From the NCBI GenBank assembly GCA_052327205.1, contig JBMRGM010000035.1:13702001-13766000 (forward strand): a stretch of DNA of 64,000 bases, read 5' to 3'. Below are positions 36,205 to 49,139 of this stretch, piece by piece; within the stretch, counting starts at the first letter, position 1, and every line of letters starts with the position of its first letter. The notes below the pieces were generated by a model. That model did no database searches. It was not told the origin of the DNA and saw only the letters and a program-made list of their open reading frames with translations. This DNA comes from Somniosus microcephalus. Its lineage: Eukaryota. A program made the position numbers and the translations under genes.

Positions 36205-37460
36205 CCTGGTTGGGTATTGGAGCTGGGGGGCATTGGGTGAATCTTTGGGTATTGGAGTTGGGGGATCTGTGGGTGAATGTTTGGGTATTGGAGCCGGGGG
36301 GCAGTGGGTGAATGGTTGTGTATTGGAGCAGGGGGGCAGTGGGTGAATGGCAGGGTATTAGAGCCGGGGGAGGCAGTTGTTGAATGGTTGTGTATTAGAG
36401 CCGGGGGGCAGTGGGTGAATGGTTGGGTATTGGAGTCGGGGGTCAGTGGCTGAATGGTTGGGTATTGGAGCCGGGGGGCAGTGGGTGAATGGTTTGGTAT
36501 TGGAGCCGGGGGGCAGTGGGTGAATGGTTGGGTATTGGAGCTGGGAGCAGTGGGTGAATGGTTGGGCACTGGAGCCTGGGAGCAGAGGGTGAATGGTTGG
36601 GTATTGGAGCCGGGGGGCAGTGGGTTAATGGTTGGGTATTGGAGCCGGGGGGCAGTGGGTGAATGGTAGGGTATTGGAGCCGGGGGCAGTGGGTGAATGG
36701 TTGGGTATTGGAGCCAGGGGGCAGTGGGTGAATGGTTGGGTATTGGAGCCGGGGGCAGTGGGTGAATGGTTGGGTACTGGAGCTGAGGGTGCAGTGGGAG
36801 AATGGTTGGGTATTGGAGCTGAGGGGGCAGTGGGTGAATGGTTGGGTACTGGAGCTGAGGGGGCAGTGTGTGAATGGTTGGGTATTGGTACCCGTGGGCA
36901 GTGGTTGAATGCTTGGGTACTGGAGGCGGGGGTCAGTGGGTGAATAGTTGGGTACTGGGGCCGGGTTTCAGTGGGTTAATGGTTGAGTATTGGAGCCGGG
37001 GAGCAGTGGGTGAATGTTTGGGTATTGGTACCGAGGGGCAGTGGTTGACTGCTTGGGTACTGGAGCCAGGGGTCACGTCTGGTGCAGTGGGTGAATGTTT
37101 GAGTATTGGAGCCGAGCGGCGGGCGTGGTGCAGTGGGGGGATGGTTGAGTATTGGAGCTGAGGGGCAATGGTTGGGTATTGGGGCTGGGGGCAATGGTTG
37201 GTCATTGGAGCCGGGGGTAATGGTTGGGTATTGTCGCTGTGAGGGAGCAGTGGCTATATATTGGAGCCGGGGGCAATGGTTGGGTATTGTGGCTGTGGTG
37301 GGAACAGTGGTTGGTTATTGGAGCCGGGGGCAATGGTTGTGTATTGGAGCCGGGGGCAATGGTTGTGTATTGGAGCTGGGGCAATGGTTGGGTATTGGAG
37401 CTCGGGGCAGTGGTTGGGTATTGTAGCTGTGCTGGGAACAGTGGTTGGGTATTGAGCTGG
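36205..37460. repeat. About 35-bp G-rich minisatellite (GGGTATTGGAGCCGGGGGGCAGTGGGTGAATGGTT) shifting to a ~26-bp unit after about 37150
   Basis: Direct inspection. Confidence 0.93.
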
Positions 37461-37464
37461 GTGG

Positions 37465-38870
37465 CACTGCCAAATGCAATAAGATGGCCATTGATTCCTT
37501 GGTTGAAAGTGAGGAAAAAAGGAGAACCAGATGTTCGAGGGCCAGGAAGGGGAGATTAGACAGGTGTTGATCTCAGTGATGGACCGAGTTTCCAATGAAC
37601 ATAAAATGCCAGACAGAATTAGTGCACCATCCAAGTGGATGCTCAGGCTTCAATTGCTGCCTCAAAGGGAGTTGCTTGTAGCATGTATGGGGTATTCCTT
37701 CTTTCCCCCAAATAAACCAGGGATTGGGTGATATCAAGAACAACCTAATCCCCAACTTGGTGACAAATAAACAGCTGGCAGAATGGAAGGTGTCGACGTC
37801 ACGCTTTCCATTGTGAACTCAGGAGGTTGGGCAGAGTCTGGGCAACGTCTCACCCGTGCCATGGTAAACTGAAGTGTCTGGGAGGGAGCATTCCTGCCCT
37901 GACAATACAAGCGACCCATGGATCCATAAAAGTATGGTCAGTAGAATCAGTTCTGATATTGGAAGAGAAATTGCATCATGAATATCAGCCCTTCCCACCG
38001 TACGTCATTCAAGTAAATGAAGGAAAGACAGTGCCAGACATGGCAGGTTGGTCTTTAATCAAAGGATGTGTTGATATCACCTGAGGGAAGTTAATGAAAC
38101 ACTATGGGGGGTTTATTTGGAATAAAGAAACTCCAAATTGCACCATGTCTGGAACAAGCTGGCACCAGAGATAAACTAAAGCTAGTTGTGTCGCACAGGG
38201 GCACTATTGTGTCGCTACGGCAGCAGCCTCTGTGAATATGGACACCTCACCTGCCCTGTCACCCACTCCTCTTTCTGCATTGAACCAACCCAGATCACCA
38301 AGATAGTTCATGGGATCCTGATACCAGTGACCAAGCATGATGTTACTAACAGCACAGTGCACGGTGATATGCTCTCAGACACTGACAAAATATTGATTGG
38401 ATTTGGATATCCACTGGACGCCCCTCGCCACCCCACACACGACACTAAAACTAAAATAGATTAGAGAACGAACCGAGATCTCAGTAAAACACCTGCACCA
38501 ACTACACCAGGAAAATGAAAACCTGCTAACAAAGCTAGAGGGAGTGGGAAGGAAATCACGGTGCGAGCAGGTCAATAACATCTTGATACACCCGTTGTTC
38601 AGAATTATTTCACAACTGTTAATTATTTTCCAATGCCGTCTACTGGTCCTGGTCATCATCGTGTACGTATTGCTTCGAGAAGGCCTTACACAATTGAAGA
38701 GGAAATCAAGGAGCCGGGTCAGCAGAAAGCTTTCCCAAGCCTGGAGTGCGGGGGAACTCAGGAATAATTATCAACCAATGAAATAAGAACAAAGGAACCA
38801 TTGGAGCCGTGCGGACATGTTCGGTGTGCTGACATCAATGTAACAGTAATCGACTGTAAACTCCAAGCAG
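37465..38870 (+). pseudogene. Decayed env-like gene fragment homologous to the ERV env at 46570-49045
   Basis: LGDIKNNLIPTW matches LAQIQRGEVPDW. GHYCVAT..EYGHLTCPVTHSSFCIEP matches GEYCTAT..QYSNLVCAITMPNF*FTP. IHPLFRIISQLLIIFQ matches IHPWIRIISHIIVIVQ. A TM helix and a basic tail follow. Confidence 0.75.
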
Positions 38871-38885
38871 ATCAACGGTAAAGAC

Positions 38886-41800
38886 TGCCTCCCTGGTGCC
38901 AGGGTCAAGGATATCACTGAGCGGCTGCAGGGCATTCTGGAGGGGGAGGGTGAACAGCCAGAGGTCGTGGTCCACATTGGTACCAACGACATAGGTAAAA
39001 AGAGGGATGAGGTCCTGCAGCAAGAATTTAGGGAGCTAGGTGAAGGATTAAAGAGCAGGACCTCAAAGGTTGTAATCTCTGGATTACTCCCGGTGCCACG
39101 TGCTAGTGAGTATAGGAATGGGAAGATAGAACAGATGAATGCGTGGCTAAAGGGATGGTGCAGGGGGGAGGGCTTTAGTTTCCTGGATCACTGGGTCTGC
39201 TTCTGGGAAAGGTGGGACTTGTACAAGTCGGACGGTTTACACCTGAACCAGAGGGGAACCAATATCCTTGCGGGGAGGTTTGCTAGCACTGCTGGGGGGG
39301 GGGGTTTAAACTAATTTGGCAGGGGGATGGGGTACAGAGTGGAGCTTTAGCAGGGGGTGATTTACAGCCAAATACAGAGAAAAAAACAAGGCAGAGCAAA
39401 TATGTGAAGGCAAAAGGGAATACGGCAGGGCTGGAAGGCATTTATTTTAATGCAAGGAGTCTTGCCAATAAGGTGGATGAACTGAAGTTGTTGTTGAACA
39501 CATGGGAGTACGATATTGTTGCTATCACGGAGACATGGTTGAGGGAGGGTCAGGACTGGCAGCTCAATATTCCGGGTTATAGAATCTTCAGGCGAGACAG
39601 AGGGGGGTGTAAAAGGGGAGGGGGTGTTGCAATATTAATTAAGGAGTCAATTACTGCTGTAAGGAGGGATGATATATTAGCGGGTTCCTCTAATGAGGCC
39701 ATATGGGTAGAACTTAAAAACAAAAAGGGGGCAAGCACTTTGCTGGGAATGTACTATAGGCCCCCAAACAGTCAGGGGGAGATAGAGGAACCGATATGTA
39801 GGCAAATCTCAGAAAAGTGCGAAAATAATAGGGTAATAATAGTGGGGGATTTCAACTTCCCCAATATAAATTGGGATAGTCAGAGTGTGAAAGGCTGAGA
39901 GGGTGCAGAATTCTTAAAGTGCATCCAGGAGAGCTTTTTGAGCTAACATGTAGAAAGTCCTACAAGAGAGGGGGCGGTACTGGACCTAATTCTGGGGAAT
40001 GTAGCCGGGCAAGTGGTGGAAGTGTCAGTAGGAGAGCATTTTGGCGACAGTGACCATAATTCGGTGAGATTTAAGGTGGTCATGGAAAAAGACAAAGACG
40101 GCCCGGAAATAAGGGTTCTAAATTGGGGGAAGGCCGATTTTAATATGATAAGGCAGGATCTGGCCAAAGTGGACTGGGAGCAGCTCCTTATAGGAAAATC
40201 CACATCAAAACAGTGGGAGACTTTCAGAAGGGAAATAGAGAGAGTACAACGCCAACATGTTCCTGTAAAGGTCAAGGGTGGGACCAACAAGCAAAGGGAA
40301 CCTTGGATGACAAGGGATATACAAAAATGCATTAGAAATAAAAGGGGGGCTTTTGGCAGTTACAAAAGACTAAAGACGGAAGAAGCCCTAGAGGAGTATA
40401 AAAAGTGCAGGGGCATACTTAAAAAAGAAATTAGGAGGGCGAGGAGGGGCCATGAAATAACACTGGCGAGCAAAATAAAGGAAAATCCTAAGATGTTTTA
40501 TAAGTATATTAAGGGCAAGAGGATAACCAGGGAAAGGGTAGGGCCCATTAGGGACCAAAGTGGCAATCTGTGCGTAGAGCCAGATGATGTAGGCGGGGTT
40601 CTAAATTAATTTTTTGCATCTGTGTTCACTATGGAGAGAGACGATGCAGACATAGAAATCGGGCAAGGGGACTGTGACATACTTGAACATATTAGCATCG
40701 AGAGGGAGGAGGTGCTAGCGGTTTTAGCAGGCCAAAAAGTGGATAAATCCCCAGGCCCGGACGAGATGTATCCCAGGCTGCTGTGGGAGGCAAAGGAGGA
40801 GATTGCAGGGGCTCTGACACAAATTTTCAGAACCTCTCTGGCCACAGGGGATGTACCAGAGGACTGGAGAACAGCTAATGTAGCACCATTATACATGAAG
40901 GGTAGCAGGGATAAACCAAGGAATTACAGGCCAGTGAGCCTAACATCTGTGGTAGGGAAATTATTGGAAAAAATTCTGAGGGACAAAATTAGTCTCCACT
41001 TGGAGAGGCAAGGATTAATCGGGGATAGTCAGCATGGCTTTGTCAAGGGTAAATCATGTCTGACAAACCTGATTGAATTTTTCGAGGGGGTGACTAGGTG
41101 TGTGGATGAGGGAAATGCTGTGGATGTGGTTTACATGGACTTCAGTAAAGCTTTTGACAAAGTCCCGCATAGGAGACTGGTCAAGAAGGTAAGAGCCCAT
41201 GCGATCCAGGGTGCCTTGGCGCGTTGGATCCTAAACTGGCTGAGTGGCAGGAGGCAGAGGGTGATGGTCGAAGGATGCTTTTGTGACTGGAAGCCTGTGT
41301 CCAGTGGGGTACCTCAGGGATCGGTGCTGGGTCCCTTGTTGTTTGTGATCTACATAAATGATTTGGATGAGAATGTAAAAGGTATGATCAGTAAGTTCGC
41401 AGATGGCACGAAAATTAGTGGGGTGGTAAATTGCGAGGAGGAAAGCCTCAGGCTACAGGACGATATAAACGGGTTGGTCAGATGGGCGGAAAAGTGGCAA
41501 ATGGAATTTAACCCTGAAAAGTGCGAGGTGATGCATTTTGGACGGACAAATAAGGCAAGGGAATACACAATGAGTGGTAGGACCCTAGGAAGTACAGAGG
41601 GTCAGAGGGACCTTGGTGTACATGTACATAGATCTCTGAAGGCAGCGGAACAGCGGAACAGGTAGATAAGGTGGTTAAAAAGGCATATGGGATACTTGCC
41701 TTCATTAGCCAAGGCATCGAATATAAGCTGGTGAGGCCACAGCTGGAGTACTGTGTGCAGTTCTGGTCGCCTCACTATAGGAAGGATGTGATTGCTTTGG

Positions 41801-42302
41801 AGAGGGTGCAGAGAAGATTCACCAGGATGTTACCTGGGATGGAGTGCCTCAGCTATGAAGAAAGACTAAACAGGCTGGGGTTGTTTTCCTTGGAGCAAAG
41901 ATGGCTGAGGGGGGACATGATTGAGGTGTACAAAATGATGAGGGGCATAGATAGGGTAGATAAAGAGGAACTTTTCCCCTTAGTAGGTGGCTCAATAACA
42001 AGGGGGCATAGATTCAGGGTAAGGGACAGGAGATTAAGAGGGGATTTGAGGAGGAACTTATTCAACCAGAGGGTGGTTTGAATCTGGAACTCACTGCCTG
42101 AAAGGGTGGTAGAGGCAGGAACCCTCACAACATTCAAGAAGCATTTGGATGAGCACTTGAAATGCCATTGCATACAAGGCTATGGACCAAATGCTGGATA
42201 ATGGGATTAGACTGGACAGGGATGGATGGGCGGTGCAGACACGATGGGCCGAAGGGCCTCTTTCTGTGCTGTAAAACTCTATGACTCTATGACTCTATGA
42301 CT
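38886..42302 (+). mobile_element. Long CR1 LINE (ORF1 esterase end + ORF2 APE/RT with several stops), ending in a (CTATGACT)n tail
   Basis: Motifs VHIGTND, DGLHLN, YFNARSL, ITETWL, GDFNFP, NYRPVSLTS, DFSKAFD, GVPQGSVLGP, KFADG (second catalytic D mutated). Octamer tail at 42275-42302. Confidence 0.95.
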
Positions 42303-42489
42303 GAAAGAAAGTTAATTGGCTCAGAGTGATTGCTCAAATTCTGGGTCTAAAAGGGGGAAATGTTAGAATGATTTAAGATGATTTATGTTAGAATGCTTTT
42401 AGATGATTCACTGGTCCAACTATCCCAGCGTCCTTTCACTTAGGTTTGCATTATTATATCAACGTGGGAGATCCAAGCATATTAATAGT

Positions 42490-43370
42490 AACTTTCAAAA
42501 GTGAATTGAGGTGTTCCTCAAAGCAATCACCCAATCTCTGTGTGGTCTCCCCAATGTAGCGGAGTCTGCAGCAATTACAGTTTACTAAGTTGCAAGAAGA
42601 AAAGTAAATCGTTGTTGCACCTGGAAGTTGTGTTTGGGACCCTGGACAGTGAGAAGGGAGGAGGTTAAGGGGCCGGTGTTGCAACTCCTGCGCTTGCACG
42701 GGAAGGTGTCATGGGAAGGGGAAGGGGTGGTCGGGTGATAGATGAGTGGACCAGAGTGTCGCAGAGGGAGCGGTCTCTTCCGACTGCTGAAAGGGGACGG
42801 GAGGGGAAGATGTGTTTGGTGATGGGATCATGCTGGAGGTGGTGGAAATGGCGGAGGATGATCCGTTGAATGTGGAGGCTGGTGGGGTGAAAGGTGAGGA
42901 CAAGGGAAATCCTATCATGCTTCTGAGAGGAAGAGGAATGGGTGAGAGCAGAAGTGCGGGAAATGGAACAGTCGAGAGTCCTGTCCACCATGGTGGAGGG
43001 GATTCTTTGGTTGAAGGAAAAGTAAAACATATCGGAAGGTGGCATCATCAGAAGAGATCCAATGGAGATGGAGAAACTGAGAAAAAGGAATAGAGTCCTT
43101 ACAGGAATCAAGGTGGGAGGAAGTGTCGTCAAGTTAGCTATGGGAGCAGCTGGGCTTATTTGGCTGAAGTGAATGGATTCAAAGGAGAATTAGTTCAATG
43201 TATTTTCAATACAAGGGCAGCCAGGCGGAGGAGGGGCTGGTGGATGGTGACTGTGTTGGCCTCCGTTCAGGGAAGAAGCGGAGGGCCCTCCTGCCGTCCT
43301 GGTGGCTGATGGAGGTGTAGAGGGATTGGACGCCCACAGTGAAAGGGAGACGGTGAGGACCAGGAAACTG
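42490..43370 (-). mobile_element. Penelope-like element fragment (GIY-YIG end)
   Basis: RYIGETTQRLGDCFEEH and DRISLVLTFHPTSLHIQRIILRHFHHLQHDP..RDRSLCDTLVHS. Confidence 0.8.
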
Positions 43371-44742
43371 GAAAGTAACTGTTGTTTTTTCCCACAGCAG
43401 CTTTCAAATCACTGGCATTATCAATGGATTGGTATGTTGATGTGAAAGGGATTTGTTGAATTGTGTACAACTGCGCGTCGCTGTTTAAATCAGCAGGGCG
43501 GTTGAAGGATTCCTGTTAAAGATCGAGTGTACTTCAGTTCGTGTGGTTTCGAGCACTGCTGCCGGTGGATGTGATAATTCGTCCGAGAATTGTAACCATT
43601 GCAAAGGAAGTTTTAATATTTATATCTCACATTTCCAGGCAGCGTTCCTACATTTACAGCAGGCTATCCGCTGATTGACAGAAAATAGAAACGGGAGTGG
43701 GTCATTTAACCCTTCGAGCCTGTTCCGGCATTCAGTGAGATCATGTCTGACCTGGATCTTAACTTCACCCACCTGCTTTGACTCCAAATCAATCCCTATC
43801 TTGTCCAACAGAAAACTATCAACCTGAGCTTTAAATTATTAATTTAATTGGCAATAGAGCGCGAGGTGAGATGAGATTGCTTTATTACTCAGACGATAAG
43901 ATTGTATTATTACTCAGACGGTAGTTATGACCTGGAATGCATTGTCTGAACTGTTGGTGGAAGCAGATCCGATCGCTGATCCAATAGTCACTTTCAGCGG
44001 GGAATTGGATAAATACTTGATGGCGAACAATGTGCAGGGCTGTGGGGAAAGTGCGTCATTCTATGGTTCTATGATGCGACAATCCTCTACCTCAGTGAGC
44101 TTGTGTTTTCATCGGTAAACGTCAGGTCACGGCTTTAATTCTCGTCCGAGCCTGCAGCGACTTTCTCACCTTTAATGTGATGTTTCTCTTTTTCTCGCTC
44201 TATGATTCGCTCTATTTCTCTCTGTTTCTGTTGTTCTTACCATCTGTCAGTCTCTCTGTATGTCTCACTCAGTCTCAGTCACTTACTGTAAGCTTTTCTA
44301 ATTGGGTCTCTGATTATCCCTCCAACTATTACTTTGTCTCGGTCACTCTCCCCATCGCTCCCCCACAACATTTTACTCTGCACCTTATAATATAACCCTT
44401 TAAGCGCTGGCTCAGTTTAGAGCTTGCTGATCCTGGGTGTTTGACCTGCATTTTAACATTCTTCCTTCAAAGGTTTTCAGTGTTGATGGGAGGGTTACAT
44501 GTTCTGTGGGCTAAAAGCCGAGGGGTTTCTTGTCTAGTTACGAACGGTCAGCTCAATGCGTTACTTGCCCAGCTGCTGTGCTTTTGCAGTTCAGCTTTTC
44601 ACCGTCTGTAGTTTTAGAAAATGTCTTTATCCTCTCACATTTTCAGATTATGCTGACGCGTAGTTTGCTCTGCGCTGAAAACTAAACTTAGTCAGCAAGG
44701 GATTTGTCGAATTTTAAAGCACTGCACGGCTGGGTTTTTATC

Positions 44743-44827
44743 ACCAGGGTGGCCGAGTGGTTAAGGCGTTGGACTTAAGATCCAATAGACGGTGTGTTTG
44801 CTTGGGTTCGAACCCCACTCCTTGGTA
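44743..44827 (+). tRNA. tRNA-Leu(TAA), probably degenerate
   Basis: ACCAGGGTGGCCGAGTGGTTAAGGCGTTGGACTTAAGATCCAAT..GGGTTCGAACCCCACTCCTTGGTA. A and B boxes and the anticodon arm are intact; the variable arm and stems have mismatches. Confidence 0.8.
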
Positions 44828-44964
44828 GATGCTAAGGCAACGAGGTTGAAAGTAAAAACTAAAGCTATTTTTGGTATGAAAACGCTTATGATCTCTGCAA
44901 AGGATGGTGCCATATTTATAATTCACCCTTCAAGACAGCGTTTCTTCATTTACAATTGGTGTAC

Positions 44965-45875
44965 TGAACATAGGAACCGGAGGAGGCCCTTGAGCCTGTT
45001 CGCCATTCATTGAATTCCTGTCTGAGCTGTGTCTTAACTCCATCCAGCTGCTTTGGCTCCAGATCATTTTAACGCATGTGTAGCAAAAACGTACCGATCT
45101 CAGATTTACATTATTAGTTGAGCTGGAATATACTCCTATTTTGTGGGAGAGAGTTCCACACTGCTACCAACCTTCGCATGAAGAAATGTTTCCTAACTTC
45201 TTTCCCGAATGGCCTGCCTCTGATTTTACGATTATGTCCCCTTGTCCTCGGCTCCCCCACCAACGGCGAAAAAAGGTTTATCTCTATCTAGCTTATCAAT
45301 TCGTTTCAAAATCTTAAAAACCTCAATCAAATCCCCACAACCTTCTATATTCCAGGAAGTACAAGCCCAGTTTATGTAATCTCTCCTCATATTTTAACCA
45401 TTGGAGCGCTGGTAAATTTCTGGTGAATGTGCACTGCACTTCCTCTAAGGTCAATCTATCCTTTCTAACAGGCGGTGCCCAGAACTGTACACAGAACTCC
45501 AGATGTGGTCTAACCAGGTCTCTGTATAGCTGTAGAATAACTTCATCTCCTTTCTATTCTATTTTTTTGATTATTTTTGTACCTTACTGCTACATTTCAG
45601 TGGTCTGTGTACATGGACCCGAAACCCTTTTGGAACTCCACTGTTCCGAGCTCTGCACCATGTAATTAATATTCGGATCTACTTTTTAGGTCTAAAATGA
45701 ATGACGATATACTTACCTGCGTTGAAATCCATCAGCCACTGTTTCGCCCATTCACTTAATCTATAAATATATCTTTGTAATTATATGCTGCTGTCTACAC
45801 GACTTACCATACCACCAGCCTTTGCATCCTCGGCAAACGTGGATATAGGAATTTTCTAAGTCATTAATAACTATA
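44965..45875 (-). mobile_element. CR1 3' fragment, abutting the ERV 3' LTR
   Basis: The minus strand reads LVRPHLEFCVQFWAP, followed by a CR1 3' UTR. Confidence 0.7.
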
Positions 45876-45879
45876 GAAT

Positions 45880-46538
45880 TGTTGTGGAATATTTTAAACC
45901 AACACTTGACACAAGGTTTTTGCATCGATAATCAAGTTGTCTTTATTACACCAGTGGGGAGACAATCTGCTCTGTCTTAGCCAGACTTCTCCAAATTGGT
46001 ACAGCAAGCCCTACATTTTTATACATTACAACATATATGTCCAGCTCATTCAAAATTCATTCCTACCACCTGATTGGTCCTTGACCCGTATACATATTCA
46101 CTGATTGGTTGCCTATACTGCGTTATATTAAAGTACCGCCTTTATTATCGGAAAAGTACATGTCCATTATCCCCCAAGCTGTTGTTGCACCTATGACCTT
46201 TGTTTATGCCAGATGGGGTCTCATCAACATTGCACTTCTGACTCATTGTCCTCCTTTCCTGCCTCTCTAGGCCTCTTTACTTCCAACTCATTGTTTTACT
46301 TTCCTGCCAGAACAGAGCTTACATCCTCTAGGCCTCTTATGGTTTCCCCCTCCGACTATTTGAAATTGTCTCTTAGTGACAAAGTAAGCAGTTCTACAAC
46401 TACTGCTTAGGTTATCTCAACTGCCAGTTCAGCAATTTAGAAAAAGCTTACTACTGCAAAGACCTATTAGATTATTCTCTTTATTACACCATTCAGTGAA
46501 GCTGCCAGCGATGTCAGTTTAACTCATTCCCCACTGCA
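45880..46538 (-). repeat. ERV 3' LTR (659 bp), with PPT AAAAAGGGGGAT at 46539-46550
   Basis: Direct repeat of 53207-53863, roughly 10% diverged by eye. Confidence 0.92.
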
Positions 46539-46569
46539 ATCCCCCTTTTTGGTACTTGGGCACTACCCA

Positions 46570-49045
46570 AGTTAAACAACATGTATAAGCATTGCTGTGC
46601 CTCCTGCCCCATGTGGTGATCAGGCGCTGGCTCGGGAGGCCCTGCATACCCATCATGTCTAGAGCAAACTTGTTTTTTCCAGCACTTTCCGCTTCGCTTT
46701 AGCTCTTTGTTGGTCCGTTTCTTGTTACAAGCGGTGCATGCTGCTATTCCCCATCATATAGCCATGAATAACTGTACTATCACTATTATATATGGGAAAT
46801 GATGCGGATCCATGGGTGTATGTTGACATTCATTCCCCAATCCCACAGCTTCTCATACCACGGGAACTCCTGTAGCTCTATCTCTATGACCCTTTCTAAT
46901 TCCCCAAGGTCCCTTGCAGCACTATGTATTGTTTCACCATCTTACTTAAATCCTCTTTCAATTCTTGCAGATCCTCTTGCAGGTGGGGTATTGCGGTCCC
47001 TTCTGGCACTTCATAATTGACCAACGCTTTCTTTAGACTATCTGGCACATTTAGCTTTATCTCCTCCCTTGAATGTACATACACCAGTCTGGTGTGTCCA
47101 ATTGTGACAGGGACCTTTGGCGTAAATCAGAAGTTAGGCATTGTGATTGCACATACAAGGTTACTATATTGGTACTCAGCCTCTGTGGTGGCTGTACAAT
47201 ACTCCCCTTCACCTTTATATCCCGAGCGGGTGTGATGGTGATCAACATGTGATAAGTCCAACACACACTCTCTGTCTTATTATAGGCGCACTCATCCATA
47301 GGGCCTTCTCCTACTGGATGTGGGCACATCGTAAGCGTGCCTTTCCTGTGGCATCCGTTTAGGGAGACTCCTCTCATAGTATCATTCTTCCTGATGGCAT
47401 AGGTATCAATTGAATAGTATTGGAGGTATGTCTCACCCCTCACTATGCCTATGTTTGTTAACTGGTTCTGTGGGTATGCAGCCATGTCTAGTCCCACCAC
47501 TGGCATCAGGAGTACCATGCCTATCATTGCTGTCACTTCTGCTTTACATTTTCGTATCACTGGATATACTCTGGTCATCCCTTTGAGGGTACAAGCAGTC
47601 AGAGGGCCTGAATTCTGGCTCAGGCCACAGAGCTGTGGGCTGTTAATCCAGTCTGGTACCTCGCCTCGCTGTATCTGTGCCAGATTATGTTTAACTGTCC
47701 AGTGATCCATTGGCCATAGGCTTAACACAAGCCTCTTCCTACCCCGTCTTTTGCCTGTTCCTCATCTCTATGGTTTGGTTTGTTGATAATGCTAGCATAT
47801 TCCTCTGTAACCTTGATTCCCTTGAGTAACTTCCTTATCGTATGTCCTCCCAACTCTGATCCTTGTCGAACCAAACCAGTTTCCTTCTCTAAAATCTGTT
47901 GTATTACCCTTTGTATTCGTTCCACACTACTTTGGACACCTTGTATATCTAGGGCATTAATGAATGATGTCCCCGTATGAGCAGCACGGTGGCATAGTGG
48001 TTAGCACTGTTGCCTCATAGCGCCAGGGACCTGGGTTCGAATCCAGTCTCGGGCGACTGTCTGTGTGGAGTTTGCACATTCTCCCTGTGTTTGCGTGGGT
48101 TTACTCCAGGTGCTCTGGTTTCCTCCCACAGTCCAAAGATGTGTGGGTTAGGTTGATTGGCTATGATAAATTGATCCTTAGTGTTAGGGGGATTAAATAC
48201 GTGGGGACAGAGTGGGATATGTGTTGGTTGTGGGGATCGGGTGGGATATGTGTCGGTGCAGGCTCGATGGGCCGAAATGGCCTCTATCTGCACTGTGCGG
48301 TTTCTGTGTTTATTCCCATGGGCATATCGGTTACTAAGCTCCTCTTAATCCTTTGGTGAAATGCAGCATGTCCCCTAACGTCAGTCGCCCCTGTCACATC
48401 AGCAGCTTGGTTAGTTACCTTCTTTATCATATATGCATAGAATTTTCTAGATTTAGTAAACCTTTCAGAATATCCTGGCCATTGTAACATGGTTAAGTTC
48501 ATTAGTACCGGTACAATTTCGTGTCTCGCACTATCATACAATTGTTTTCCCTCAGTGAATATCACCAGTCCATTTTCAGGCCAAGGCGTCCATTTCGGAC
48601 ACCTCCGTTCTTCAGGTATTGATGTGATTGGGGGTGTTGTTGCTTCTAGGGTTAACCCTTGTGGTGTGGTCCTTGTTGTTGTTGGTTGAGGTGTTGTAAT
48701 GCCGTGTGCAAAAGTCCATCTTATACCATTTTCTGCGCAGCTCAGGACATATGCTCCCCCTAATTGAGCCAACACCTGCCAGTGTCTATTACATTCTACC
48801 ATATTGCTGGCATTTTTTCATTCTACAGGGTCCGCATGGTTGTTGATCCAAGTTCACTCAGGTACCGTTACACCTGTAACATAATTTTCCTTGTTTTTCA
48901 CACTCCTAACTGAGTGATATGATGAAGCCTCCATGAAGTCGCCATTATGGGATCTTAACCTGCAGTCCATTTCTTCCAGCCCGTTATTTGTACTTATAAA
49001 TGCTGTCATCAGGGTAGTTATGACAATCCATCTTACGGGATCCAT
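46570..49045 (-). pseudogene. env: ERV env with F-protein-like architecture, disrupted by stops, frameshifts and a SINE
   Basis: Signal-like MDPVRWIVITTLMTAFIS, furin site RIKR (48341-48352), fusion peptide SLVTDMPMGINTGTSFINALDI, heptad region, Cys-rich block, PWYEKLWDW and a TM helix at about 46740-46820. Confidence 0.8.
47979..48308 (+). mobile_element. HE1-type tRNA-derived V-SINE inserted in env
   Basis: tRNA head (GGTGGCATAGTGG, GGTTCGAATCC), V core CTGTGTGGAGTTTGCACATTCTCCC..GGTTTCCTCCCACAGTCCAAAGA, and a CR1-like tail. Confidence 0.88.
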
Positions 49046-49139
49046 GTTTATCTGTAATTTAAACAGAGCTCTGGCTGTCAGCAGAGGTAGCTCATCTCCA
49101 GTGTTTATTCCATTGTTTCTGTGGGACTTAAGATCAGAT

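Noticed and set aside
43485-43570. Possible highly decayed tRNA-Leu
   Set aside because: Only scattered similarity; no A box or stems that I can support.
44085-44153. Possible decayed tRNA-Thr 3' half (GTAAAC..TCACGG..CGTCCGAGCCT)
   Set aside because: The B box and 5' half are not recognisable, so it is too weak to call.
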